From Elsinoe ampelina (taxonomy: Eukaryota): a stretch of 64,000 nt of DNA. Of the stretch, positions 47,154 to 59,656 are shown piece by piece. Location of the stretch: the NCBI GenBank assembly GCA_010093995.1, contig ML992505.1, forward strand, positions 164,921 to 228,920. Reading direction: 5' to 3'. The notes under the pieces are model-generated. The model was not told where the DNA came from. It was given only the letters and a program-made list of their open reading frames with translations, and did not search any database. Both the position numbers and the translations under genes were made by a program. Numbering within the stretch: the first letter of the stretch is position 1; every line of letters begins with the position of its first letter.

Positions 47154-47876
47154 GAGTCAGGATGGTGACAGATATCGAAGTAAGCTTGGAAGCTCTGTCG
47201 CTACTTATGAGAATGTGAGATGCGGACGCTATCGAGATGGCTTTAAGTGCGCCTGTCTTTACTGTATGAAAGTCGATTCGAGAATGAAAATTTCAGAAAA
47301 GATTCATCGTGCGTCCAATTCTACTGTGCAGGATTCAAGGCGACATGGAAGTCCACCTTCGAATAGCTTTAGCCTATGCTTGTCTCTACCATGCATGATG
47401 ACTTGGGTGGCATAGAAGTGAAGTCGTGGTTGTGCAAAGTGATCACAACCTGTACGAAAAGTTGCATAGTACATATATAACCTCGGCTATCCTGACAGTC
47501 CACAAAATTGTTCCTGTCTCTCCCGATACAAACACCGAGTGACCTGCACTCAAAACGATGAGCCTGGCCACGGTCGAGCCGTCAAAGCATGCACAAGTAC
47601 ATGACATGAGCGGGGCATCTAGATCAAAACATGTTCCAGCGCGCCGCACTGTTGGTATGTTCCCAGTAGTGAGCAGCGCAGTCGAGGCGAACGTTTCGAC
47701 TTTCAAGAAGAACATTCATTAGCCCCCTCGTGCCCCTGCAGCCTATCTTCAACGGCGCCCCTAACTAAGTTAATGTCGAATTGCTGATCATCAATATAGG
47801 TCATGTCGTAGGCCCCCCGCGAGTACTTACGTTTCCTGCATAATCTTTGTTCAGACCAATCCTCACAGTGCCCTCA

Positions 47877-49062
47877 ATGGTTGGCGATTCCACTTACCAT
47901 CTCCTCCCGCTGAAAGAACGCACTTCTTCAGAAATGGACCAAGGAACACCGATGCCGCGTTTCCTGCAGCATGGTCCGACAGGATTACCAAGAAATGCTG
48001 TTTTTACTCTTGCGGCACTTGTGGCAGCATTCATGGTCTTTGCTGCGGGAAATTATGTGGGCAAGAACGATCTGACCTATACTGCTCTTCTCTCCAAGAG
48101 CGCATCGACGTCTGAGTTCCCGACTGTGAAATTTGGGGGCGCCGCTGGAGACGTATTCGATGTGCTTCGCTCGCTTCCGCCTGTGGATCTGTTGAAGGAG
48201 TATGGTATCACGGAGGAGCAGACACGGCTGTTCCCAAAGCCCCTCAAGGAGAAGATTTGCATCCTCAATACAGACTCACGGCCATGGGACTCGGAGGACA
48301 TGCGACTGGATAAGATGAAGACTATGGAATCATGGGGTTCCCTGAACCACTACCTCTACGGTCAGTCCACTTGGCTCCAATATTCCTACATGATTCAAAC
48401 TGACCCTTCCAGCCACGTTACATGGGTACACATACAAACATGTCCAAACGCCACAAATCAAGCCGCTGTTCCCTTCTTGGGGCCGATTACCCGAGCTGTA
48501 CCGCCTGACCAAGAGCAAGGAATGCCAATACGTCGTCTACCTCGACGAGGATCTCATCTTCAAAGATCTACGTGTCCCATTGGAACCCATGATGAGCTAC
48601 TGGAACATCACCTCGGACATTGCTCTCGCGGCAGGCTTAGATCTGGCCCTGACGAAAGACGAGAAGAACCGCACCGCACTCAACAGTGGACTTGTCATCA
48701 CGCAGGACACCCCACAGACCAACGACCTCTTCCGCGACTGGATCGAGTGTCCTTTCGGCAAGAGGTACCCGCACTGCAAAAACTGGGTGAACAACTGGGC
48801 CAACGAGCAGAGCGGTCTCACCGAATTCGTCCGCTACGACTACGAAGATGTGATTCGAGAATTGCCGCTCGAAGAGACGCACCAGGGCAAATTCATGTTT
48901 CACTACTGGGGTCAAGCCAAGTCTGGCATCCCGCAAGGCGTCAGGGAGTCGATTGCGAATCGCTTCATTCCAGAAATCCTGGAAAGGCTGGCGGGTTCTT
49001 GGTCGCAGCATCATGAAGTCTCGACGAGGCCTTATACTGCAGATTCATTTGTTCCTCTTTAG
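47877..49062 (+). CDS. Type II membrane GT-A glycosyltransferase, GT34 (Gma12/Mnn10)-like; intron 48361-48412
   Basis: TM segment VFTLAALVAAFMVFA; LNHYLYATLHGYTY after splicing, VVYLDEDLIF (DxD), LNSGLVI, W-x-x-EQ, HYW. Confidence 0.8.
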
Positions 49063-49616
49063 AAGCGGGTAGTCACCATGAGGCCTTTAGATTTGTAGTA
49101 CATATTCTTGTCTTAATAATGATACCTTGGTCGAGACCTGAGAGAGCTACCTTCTAAAGAAAGACGAATAAAGGGACTACGAAGTGCTGATGGTGGTGAC
49201 CAAAGAAGATATGAGGTAGTATTCGTCAATGACAAGGAAGAGGCAACAAGCGGTCCCCGCAGCAGGCAGCTTCGCCATACCAAATAATCAGCCACATCAG
49301 AGCATTTCACTTCCCTTCTCCGGACAGAGCAAAGAGCTCCGAGTAGCGAACGAACTCACGCCACTCCGGCATCCATACGACCGTGACTGGAAGACTTCCT
49401 CGGCCTCAATTCCAAACCCCACAACCACAGGTTCGCAGAACGAAACACACGCACAGAGAGAAGTGGCAAAGTCCTCGACCTCATCGAGCACGGAATCACA
49501 TTGCTACATTCGTTCCAAACAAAAAGTCGTACATGATCTATCACAAACATCTCATAACCTCCCCTCACACAAAGTCTAATCACTTTAAAGACCACCCTCA
49601 AAAAACCCATCATGAT

Positions 49617-51878
49617 TCATGCACAAAGATCCCCCCCAGTCCTCAAATCCGGCTTCTTCTGCACCCACCTCGCCGGCAACGTCTGCTGCATATCGCAATG
49701 CTCCTTGTCCGCGCACCGCCTCAGGTGGAACACACCTGCATGCTGCAGTGCGTCGACCGTGCTATTCGTGCCGCCGTTCAGTGGCGCGGGCTTGCCCTCG
49801 CATCCGACTGCTACGTAGAGCTGGGGGTGGGTGGCGGTGCAGATTGCCGGGCGGGACGGGGTGGTCGCGTCCGATGAGGAGGCGTGGAAGCCGAATGCGG
49901 AACCGATGGAGCGTTTGTTGCGGTTGTCGCAGAGGAAGTTGACGTTGAAGAAGGCCGCGGCGTGGGAGGTCGAGGGCCAGCCTTTGCCGGCGAGCATGGA
50001 GTGGTGGTCGTTGGGCAGGCCGGCGTCGTGGGATGATTTGGCGAACGCGGCGCGGGTGGCGTCTGTGTTGCGGGCGAAGAAGTCGCCGCTTGGGCGGGCG
50101 CGGATGGTGTCGGCCGCTGCGATGGTGGAGTCGCTGTTTTGGTAGAAGAAGGAGTCGATGGAGGAGGCGTAGCTGTTGCCGAGGGTGGCGTAGTGGACGT
50201 CGTAGCCTTTGGTGAGGAGTGCTTCTACGAGCTCGCGGCTGGATTTGAGAGTCTTGCGGACGTCGAGGCATGGGAGATTCAGCTCGTTGCAGGTCTCAAG
50301 GGCGGCGTCGTCGGTGGCGGCGATCATGTAGCGGACTACACCTCCGTAACGGACCAGGGAATGGACAGTGTTCAGCAGCAACTCGCGAAGACCGTGCATG
50401 CTTGATGCTTCGATGCCAGTTGCTGACAGAGGCAAGACTGTCACGAGTCGACCTGCTTGGGATCCAGATTCAAGGGTTTCGCTGAGGTGTTGGAGTCTCC
50501 CTAGCAGTGCGTCGAGATCGTTTGGTGCCTTCGGCCAAGAGAACATAGGGTCGCCAGCTGGTAATAGATGGGGCATGGAGAGTGCTCGTGCAAGGGTGAA
50601 CCAGTGCTGAACGAAGACGTTGCCTTCCTTTGTCGCCTGAACCATGTAGCTCATCTCCTTGATAAAGTCGGTCTTCGGCTGGAAGTTCAATAGGCGCTTC
50701 ATTTTGCAGGTATCGGCGAGAGTACGGATAAGATCATTCTTTCGAGGCGGGAGATGAACTTGGTCGTTAGATACGAGGTCGGCAAGATCCTTTACTGAGT
50801 AGGAAGACCCGGTGCCGAGGTTGATCACCTCACCGTGGAGGGTAGGGGCTTGTTGTGCAAGGATCAAGCCCTCGACAATGTCCCGAACGTGAATGAAATC
50901 CCGGGCATGGGTGCCATCCCCTTCAATAGTAAGAGGCTTGCCCTCGGCTGCCTCCTTGGCGAACACACCAGTGACGATGGCGTAAGCCCCTGTAGTAGGT
51001 TGACGGGGGCCGTAGACCATGAAAAACCGCGTGCTGACAGTCGGCACTCCGAAAAGTTGATCAAATGAATGCATCTGAAGCTCGCCCTCAAACTTGCTAC
51101 TAGCATACGGCGTAAGGAAGTCACCTGCCATAGTCTCCTTGTGAGGTGGGGGAGCATTGCCGTAGTAGGTGGACGAAGCTGCGTAGACCACCTTCTTGAT
51201 CCTACCAGCAAGTCGTGCCTCTTCCAAGACGTTCCAGGATCCGAGAGCGTTACTTTCCAGACAGAAGCGAGCCATATCCGGTGACTTCAATGATGGCACT
51301 ACCTTGCTCATGGCAGCGAGGTGGAACACATAATCGACGCCTTTGATGGCCTCCTGCAGTGCTTGTCGATCTAGAATATCGCCGAAGAAGAATTCCACGT
51401 TGCTGTTCTCAAGTGGCACGTTGCGAATGAAGCCTGTGTATAAGTTGTCGAAAATCCGCACTTTGTAACCGAGGGTAAGAAGGCGGTCGACGAGGTTAGA
51501 CCCGATAAAGCCAGCACCTCCGGTGACAAGCACAGTGGTGCCTCTAGCGGAAGTAGCATTCTTGCCGCCATCACTCAGGTCCAGGTTCTCACAAGGGTCC
51601 TTCGCATCCGCCAAATCAGTCGTAGATTCCGAGGCGTCGTGAGGAGTCGAGCTTGTTGGCCGATTGTATTCTTGATTGCTCAGAACGGCCGTATTACTAT
51701 TACTTGAAATGTCGCTGCTGTGTGTGTATTGACTCAAGAACTTCGGCACCCGGACGGAGCGGATGGTGGACGAACTTGGTGAGCTGATTAGGAAGACTGT
51801 ACAAAAGATGAGAACGAAGATGGTGCCGAGTATGATGCGGCGCTGTTGCACACGGGCCTGGGCGGAAGAAGCTAACAT
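49617..51878 (-). CDS. Membrane-anchored extended-SDR NDP-sugar 4-epimerase (WbpP/GalE-like) fused to a C-terminal nucleotide-diphospho-sugar-transferase (GT77)-like region
   Basis: TM IILGTIFVLIFCTVFLI; VLVTGGAGFIG, VFHLAA, YAASS, PYASSK (YxxxK), RFFMVYGPRQ, GDG..RDF; then LNTVHSL..YMIAATDDAALETC..LNLPC..LLTKGYDVHY. No introns. The GT77-like call is less certain than the SDR call. Confidence 0.85.
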   Translation of the reverse strand: MLASSAQARVQQRRIILGTIFVLIFCTVFLISSPSSSTIRSVRVPKFLSQYTHSSDISSNSNTAVLSNQEYNRPTSSTPHDASESTTDLADAKDPCENLDLSDGGKNATSARGTTVLVTGGAGFIGSNLVDRLLTLGYKVRIFDNLYTGFIRNVPLENSNVEFFFGDILDRQALQEAIKGVDYVFHLAAMSKVVPSLKSPDMARFCLESNALGSWNVLEEARLAGRIKKVVYAASSTYYGNAPPPHKETMAGDFLTPYASSKFEGELQMHSFDQLFGVPTVSTRFFMVYGPRQPTTGAYAIVTGVFAKEAAEGKPLTIEGDGTHARDFIHVRDIVEGLILAQQAPTLHGEVINLGTGSSYSVKDLADLVSNDQVHLPPRKNDLIRTLADTCKMKRLLNFQPKTDFIKEMSYMVQATKEGNVFVQHWFTLARALSMPHLLPAGDPMFSWPKAPNDLDALLGRLQHLSETLESGSQAGRLVTVLPLSATGIEASSMHGLRELLLNTVHSLVRYGGVVRYMIAATDDAALETCNELNLPCLDVRKTLKSSRELVEALLTKGYDVHYATLGNSYASSIDSFFYQNSDSTIAAADTIRARPSGDFFARNTDATRAAFAKSSHDAGLPNDHHSMLAGKGWPSTSHAAAFFNVNFLCDNRNKRSIGSAFGFHASSSDATTPSRPAICTATHPQLYVAVGCEGKPAPLNGGTNSTVDALQHAGVFHLRRCADKEHCDMQQTLPARWVQKKPDLRTGGDLCA

Positions 51879-52857
51879 GATGCCTGAATGAATGAATGCC
51901 AAAGACAATGAATGAGGATAGGAAATGTCTATCTATATTGAGTGTACGAAGCCAGACCACATGCACCGTTTCAACAGGGCCATATTTTTCCATGCAAGTC
52001 GAATTTGAACCGTTACATACGAAGTCCAGCTTGTTGAAGGCGTGGTCGGTTCATCAAATGCTAGGCGCAACGTTTTGCCCCTCTTCCAAAACATCGTTCA
52101 GCTGGACCGTTTCCCACATGCAAAGGGCAAGCCCGGCAGCTGAATCTCAGCAGAGACTCACCTTCGCAGATGAGAGGTAACGGCGTAGACAATGACACCA
52201 CTTCAGGGGAATGTAGGTGCTGTGTGTAGGCATTTGGTAGGTAGTCCGCGAGCTTCAGTATGCTGACGATAATTTTTCCATCGTGCCTGGCATTCCCGTC
52301 CGAGATAAGTCAAACACTAGCGGCATGGGCCTGTCGATCTATGGCAGTCGAGCTATCGATAGATTACCGGCATGAACCATGTCATTCCAGGAACCAGCGC
52401 GGCCTTCTAGCATGGCCAAAGGAGGTGTAGATTGTGATTATCACGAAACGTTCCACGATGGCGAAAAACCCTTTGGACCCCTTAGGGGCGGAGAACGGTC
52501 TGCCGCACCGTTTCTACGCTGTAGATTTGCCCCCATTGAAAATCCGCAGCTTGTCGGCGTGCTATCGTTACTGAACAGCAGGCGATCCTGTGGGTGAACA
52601 CACAATATGACATACAAACAGCAGTGCTCATTATTTGGTCACGTATGTTGTAGAGAAATGATCGACATGCCGACGACTTTGCGGGTTGGAGCTGATGGAC
52701 CAGTATTATGTAAGCGGGTTGCTCTCACGTGACAGCCTGGCTTTCGTCTTATAAACTTTGACTCATTTCTTTGCCTCTCAATTTTCATGAGTTGCAACCT
52801 CGCCAAAATGAAGCGATCTCAACCGAATAAGCCTACATACAACTTCGTGAAGACAAA

Positions 52858-54990
52858 ATGGTCGACATGTCGATTACACCCAGGATCCGCGAGAACGCCA
52901 CCATGATCGAGATCAATGGCAACCCATTCAATACTACAGACGAGCCAGCAGCCAGCGCAAAGGGTACCCGCTACATCTTAGTCCGCACGACAGAAGACAG
53001 CAAGGACAATATCGCTGACCTTGTGGCGCTCGGTGTGAAGCCTGGGTGGATGGCCTGTTGGAAGATGCGCGTATGCATAACACAGTCTGACGACCTCACC
53101 GCTCTCCGCCAGCTGCCTTTCGTGGACTTTGCCGACATCTACAGGCCCTCGTTCAAAATAAGATCAACGCTGAGGGATCTACTCCAAGACGCTGGCGTGG
53201 ACCTTCCATCACGGGAGAGAGAAGACAAATGTATCGGTTCGCCCGCACACGATCTGGACACGGACCAAAAGAAACACCCAGCAGTCTCAACTACCAGATC
53301 GTCGGAGAAAATCAATGTTTCGGTCTTCATGCATCACGAATCGATCCCCTCCACAGACGAAGTCATAGCTCAACTGGTATCGGAACAAAAGATTGACCCA
53401 GAAGACGTCGAATCACACGGCTTCGTGTTCGAAACCCACATCGCATACAAGGATATCGCTGCTGTTGCCATGATCGAAAGCGTGCGAGCTATCGAAGCGG
53501 CAGGCGAAGTCAGGTTTTGCATTTGACCAAGTTCGGCTATTGATCAACTTCCCCGTCGCAGCAGCAGGCGGGAATTCTCTAGTGCTACCTCACGAATACG
53601 ATGGTTCTGGACAGATCATCCACATCGCTGACATTGGTTTCGACAAAGGGTCAACGAGCGATGTTCATGATGCCTTCGCCCCGGTCGGCGGAGAGGGAAG
53701 GATTGTAGCTCTCCTCAGACCGAAAGGCGCCTCTTCTGCCAAGGTCAACGACACCGACGGTCATGGAACTCACGTCGCTGGCTGCGCTCTCGCTAATGGG
53801 TACACCAAATTGATGTGTGAACCCAATCTACCGGGCGCCGAAGGACCAGTGCGAGGGACCGCGCCCGCTGCAAAGCTCGTCATGACCCAGATCCAGAGGC
53901 GCAATGGAAAACTCTGTATGCGCGAGCCAGCGGACCTCTTCGATGAGCCTTACAGCCTCCATGGCACCCGCATCTCAAACTGTTCGTGGGAGGTCAGTCT
54001 GCGAAATTCCAATCTGAAGCACAATCACCAAGCGTACGACGAATGGTCGGAACAATACGACGATTATCTAGAACTGAAAGATAATCTGTTGGTCGTTTTC
54101 GCGGCCGGCAATGACGGCAAGAATTCAAAGCTCCAAAGTCAGATCGGCGGACTTCAAGCCTGCAAGAATGTACTCACGGTAGGCTCCACCATGAACAATC
54201 GCAGGGTTGATAGGAATGACGAGTTCAACGCCCGATCCGGCTTGGATGCAGACATTCACGCGGTTGCAGCGGGCAGCAGTCGTGGCCCTACCAAAGAGGG
54301 AAGGATCAAGCCGGATATCTGCGCGCCTGGTCACCCTGTTCTGTCCGCACTCTCACGCGACATCGACGACCCTCAGCTTCCCGACAAGGCTAATATCTCG
54401 AGGGACCCGGAGCTTTGGTTCTTGAAAGGGACAAGCATGGCCGCGGCTCTGATTTCAGGTTGTGCTGCAGCACGGTCGATATGTACAGGGGAACGAACAT
54501 GGTTGACAACAAGGAGAAGATCAATCTTCAAGGCTTCGGTCGGATCAACATGAGTGGCACTCTTGCAATTCTCCAGGCCGAGCAGGAAAAAGATCCGCAC
54601 AAGAAGCACGGTGGGTTCGTCGATGCTCCTGATCCCAGTAAGAGCATCGGTAGCCTCGCTTCTGGGCAGGTCCACTCTACGGTTGTCAAAATTGCGGCGG
54701 GACGTATCCCAAAACAACTCAAAGTCACCTTGACCTGGCTCGATGTGGGCAATGTTATTTTGCGCAATCGTCTGGGACTGGCTGTTCTTATCGGTAAGAA
54801 TCGCAGGCATGGGAACCAAGGATCTGCAGACTATGTCACCAGGCCTGACGACTATGACACCATCAACAATACACAACAGATCGTCTGGCCCGAGGTACAA
54901 GACGGAGAGGCTATTATACAGGTAGCTTGCACGGACCTCGACCCAGGAACACAGCACATTGGATATGCCATGGCATGGACTCTGGAATAA
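52858..54990 (+). pseudogene. Subtilisin-like S8 protease (KP-43/TagC-like), frameshifted twice
   Basis: Prodomain ORF; IADIGFDKG, DGHGTHVAG, VVFAAGNDG, SSRGPT..GRIKPDICAPG, GTSMA; C-terminal QGFGRI, LKVTLTWLD, NNTQQI. Split across three frames with no convincing introns. Confidence 0.8.
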
Positions 54991-56484
54991 CAGCGCATGC
55001 AATTTCATGCCTCGTTTGCCAGCTATTCCGCCCGGTCTGCACGAGCATTTCAGGCGTTTAGGTGCAGGAGATTTGTGTTCGAGATACCCATAGGCTTCTT
55101 GGAAGAAGCAGTAATGTGATCACCATGTCCCCACATTTCTCGATTGCCGACGTTTGCTTTACACGTGAAGTTGAGGAACGGCAGCACCCCAACACTGCCT
55201 GGTTGAACTTGTTTGTGCCGTGTGGTGGAGGTGGTGACAAAGCAAATATTGGCCCCACTTTGTCGACGTTCGCACTTTCTACGAGTAGATAACAACCTCT
55301 CCTAATGATTACAATCTTGTTTCTCATTGTCATCACGTCGCGCGAAATCCCGAAAGGTGCTGCTCGTTCTGGTGTATTTATATGGTGCATTGTCACGTGC
55401 TTGATTGCCACTGTACTCTTCGGAATTTTTGCCCCATTTGTCTCAATCCCCAAACAAAGCATGAAGTAGAGTCCTTTCCGCAGCCTATACATCAAAGCTT
55501 AGTACCTGCGATCTGTCAAGCTATGGCTGATGAAGTAGCGTACTCCAGTCTCGATTGCGCTTATGGGCAAGATCCTGGACTATGTCTAGGAGTAGCGCAT
55601 CCCGTGCCCTTGGTCCCTGGTCGAGGAGCAGATGTCGTGTGGATTGGTGATGCATAGTTGGGCGTGAAGGAATGGTGGTGAAAAGATGGAGGTGCTCTGC
55701 AATGTGACAAGACACCTGCGCGGTCTTGAGAGTTGGGTGGCGACTTTGTCACGCCTCAGAACATGTGAACATGCTCGGACCATTCTAATTTTGCACCAGT
55801 CGGTAACTAAATTTGCACCACGTCTGCGAATCACAATGGACTGATGACGAAGACACGGTGACAAAGTCGGATCTCCAAGGCTGTCATTCGGTCTCATTTC
55901 TGCGACTCCTGATACCGTCCTACTTCACCATCATCAAGCAAGGAAAGTTGAAACCCAATCGACAGCCGTCTGGAGAAAGGCTACGGTAGGGTTGATAGAT
56001 GACACAAGTTGTGGATATACTACCAGAGTCCCAAGTTGAAGCCAGTCCTGCCAGCTCGCACAAAAATGTGTGATTGGGTAGAAATGTTGGTTTGTGCCTG
56101 AGGGACATTTGAAAGACCTGATATCGTAAGCTCTCTCTTCTGTCGTCCGTTTGCTCTTGCTCCAAAGCCTCGGGCTGACAACCGTGTTGCGATCACGTCG
56201 TCTGATGATTATTGCAGCAAGCACTGCTGGATCGTCTTCCAGGACATGACTTGGGCAGTTTGAAGTCACAATAAATACTTGTATGCACAACGGCTCGAAG
56301 CAGCGAAGACGAACAAGGGGATGGGTTCTCCCGAAACTTTATTCCGACTCTATTCCAACACCACTATGATACATTTCCCTGACCGTCCGGCCATGCATCA
56401 ATGCAAATCCTCCATGCATCCCATTCCCAAAACCCAACCGGATATCAAATGCAACCCCCCATTCCCCATTCCCCTGTCCCTTAT

Positions 56485-58955
56485 CTAACCACCATACCTC
56501 ACCATCCCCACCGCCCTCCCCTCAGGCGGCCTCGTCCTCCTCCCTCCAATACCCCCAATATCAATCTTCGCCATCTCCCTGCTCAACGCACTACTCCCGT
56601 ACCCAAACCTCTCCACCTCATCCTCGACCGTCGCCATTGGGATCTTAGGCGGCTTAGGCGGCGCCTGCTGACCTGGTGATCCCCACGTTGGACTACCCGA
56701 CCCGTATGGGTTTGGTGCAGGGATTTCGCTCAGTGGACCACCAGAGCCCATGTTAGGACTGCGCGCGTACGGGCCGTTCTTCTTGATGAGCCTGTTGCGG
56801 CCATCTTTCGTGGGGCTGACGGGGCTGCTGGCCGTCGAGCCACCGAAAGTGCTACCTGCGACGGAGCCAGGGCTGGGGACAACGGGACTGCCGTCACCAC
56901 TGCCCATGCGGCGGGTGCGGACGTTGACTTTGATATTGCCGGCGCCGGAACCGGGGGTAATGTTTGTTGTTCGCGGGCCGAAGCCGCGGCTTCCATACTG
57001 CTTTGCGGGTGTCTTGACCTCGGGTTCTGGTGCCCAGGAATCCACTGGTAGGTGGTCGGAGGGGTCGATCTCCCTTCCATCGAAGCCGACAATCTTACCG
57101 TCCGCATTGCGAATGGTTGTGTCTTTCGAGTCGGCAGCCTTTGTGGGCGCAGCTGGGATGTGGTACGGGTTGTGAGGACTAGGCTGCGCATCGAGCTGGG
57201 AAATCAATGCGGACGGATTGAAGTGGTCGAAAGCGTCTGGTCCAAACGGAATAACACTACTGCCGTTTGCAGACTGTGGAGTCACTGCAGGGGATACTGA
57301 CTTCCGAGCCACTGGTGTACCCCGCGGGTGTGCGTGTGGAGCAGACGAAGGAGAATTCTGGCTGGCAAATGTTGATACAGGGTGACGAATCGCGGCAATT
57401 GAATGCCTGGCTCGTGGTGAAGCCTGAGATTGTGGTTTGATCACAGGAATTGTGTCATCTGGAAAGTGAAAGTTCGATGGCTCCGAGTATCCTGGCTGAC
57501 CGTGGTATGGTTGCGGAGATGTAGACCGACGCATCTCATGAGATAGAGGATGGACCGACTTTGGCGGAGTGACAGCAGCGTAAGGGTCAGACACGCTGTG
57601 TCTCGTGATGCCAGGGTGGTCGTGAAGGGGGTACGGCGGCATGCCCGACGAAGATCCGACCGACCGCGAGAAGGGTGAGACTGGACTCGAGTGAGGATGA
57701 GCATGCGACATTTGGCTGGGTGGTGGAACCTCCCGCCTAAGAGGGCTCGGACCTGCAGAATTCCGAACAGGCGTGCTGTACTCGCTCATGGGTCTACTTT
57801 GAGACGGGCTGCCGTAGCTGCGCTCGATAGCTTGGAGCGGTGACGTGGATGAGACGTAAGATTGCTGGTCGAAGCTCTGATGTCGCTCGTGCTGCGGCGT
57901 GTTGCCGTGTGAAGGGGGAAGAGGTGGCAGCTCCGCAGCATCAAATTGACTGCCGTGCCACGACTGCGTGTCATGGTGCGATGGTGCGACAGAGGAGTGA
58001 TCCCATTGGCTGTTCATTTCCGGAACACCATTCGTGGCGTTGGCCAAGTCGTGAGGACCTGGTTGATATCCTTGCTCATCCATGTCATTCTGGTAATGCG
58101 AATCAGCATATACAGAGTGAACATCTGGTGCTGACTGCGAGTGTGCCAGCATCATGTGTGATTGGGCTTGCGGCAGAGATCCTCGGTGACGTGACGATGG
58201 TGGTATTTGTGGTAAAAAGTCCGGTTGGTAGGGATTGAAGTGACCGTCTGCCTGGTCGTAGTCCGGTTGCGACTCTTGGACGAATGGCTCTGGTGGTGCT
58301 GTCGGATTTCCATCTGGGTCAAGGAAGACAGTCTCTCCTCTTGCGCAGCCCAACTTTCTTGGGCCGAACTGAGGAGTTGTCATCTGCGATGGCCCAGCAG
58401 GTAGAGGTCGTCTTTTCACTGGCGACTTCTTCTTCAAGGTGTCCGTGGATTGCGGTCTTTCTGGTGCTCGCGAGTCGTAGTAGGACATTTCTATCCGTAC
58501 CTCCCCAGCGTATTTGCCTTTGTAATTGAGATGGTGCCAGCCGTCGTGTCTTCCTCCACCAGGCTTGATGACTCTGTCCATCAGCGCGACCCAGGTTTCA
58601 CCAATCAAATCCGTCCTCTTGTCATCGTTAAAGACCGAGACCTTCAAGTTGTGATAGTCGGGTGATTCATGAACGGTGAAGCGGAGCTCTTGATCCCTAG
58701 GTTAAGTCAGTACATGTCCAACATTTCTCCATGGCATGAGACTGACCATCGCGGTGTTTGCCCTCCTCGCATATCCGTGTTTGTCTTCTTTGCTTCCTTG
58801 CCTAATCTCGCAGCACAGTATGGATCCTGCTTTCCCATGGTCCTCCTGTTTGGCAAGTTCTTTGCTCTGTCGATGATGAGAACCAACGTCCCGATCTCTG
58901 GCCCATCCACCGTCATGTCCGCGTACAGCCCAGCGGTATGCTGTCTGGTCGCCAT
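56485..58955 (-). CDS. INN1: C2-domain cytokinesis ingression protein (Inn1/Fic1-like); intron ~58698-58746
   Basis: RAKNLPNRRTMGKQDPYC, RGGQTPRW, VSVFNDDKRTDLIG, WHHLNYKGKYAGEV; Pro-rich tail with RPLP and DHLPVDSWAPEPE. Confidence 0.85.
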
Positions 58956-59656
58956 TATGCCTTTGATGTTCGATCTGTCGAGGTGCTAGACCAGTAGCGT
59001 ACCTAAAGCGGCAGTGGAATGTTTAAAAGAAATGTCGATTGACTGCACAAACGGTACAGCGTTGCTGCCCGGCCACCGTTACGGGCTGTACCGTGGGACG
59101 GTTGTGGGTATGATGCAGTTCCTTGGTCCCAAGCTCAAGGTTTGTTTACGCTGCCGATACCACGTGGGAGGACATGGCGATGCACAGTAGGAACAAAGGT
59201 GAACGTTCAAAGAGTGAAGACAAGCGGCGAGCAGGAGTGAACGACAGCCTCGATACCTCAGTAAAGGAATGGCTGACCTGTGGTTCTCAGGCGCGAAGTG
59301 GTGCGGGAGGAGCTGGCATCATGTCATGTTTGTTTGATGCGGCTCTGGGAATAAGAATTAAGCTTTGGCGCTTTTCAGCTGTGCAGGGATTCGCAGGCTT
59401 TGGTGGCTGGATTTCCCGGCCTCCACTTTTTGCACTTTGCTCCGCAAGTGGCTGGGCGAACGCGCAACGCTGCCCACTCTTCTTCAATTCTCAATCTACG
59501 ATGAGATGTTCTGCAGGACCATTGTTCTTTTCCGACTAGGCAGTATCATAATGTCTTCCGACGCGTCAGGCGTGTAGAGTGAACGTTAAAATCATCAATC
59601 TAACGTGTGGCTTTGCCCTCACGACCTGCCTGATAGACGTTTGATAGGCGTGACGC

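Noticed and set aside
55934..56290. 118-aa ORF starting MCIQVF
   Set aside because: Begins at TTG rather than ATG and has no recognisable motif.
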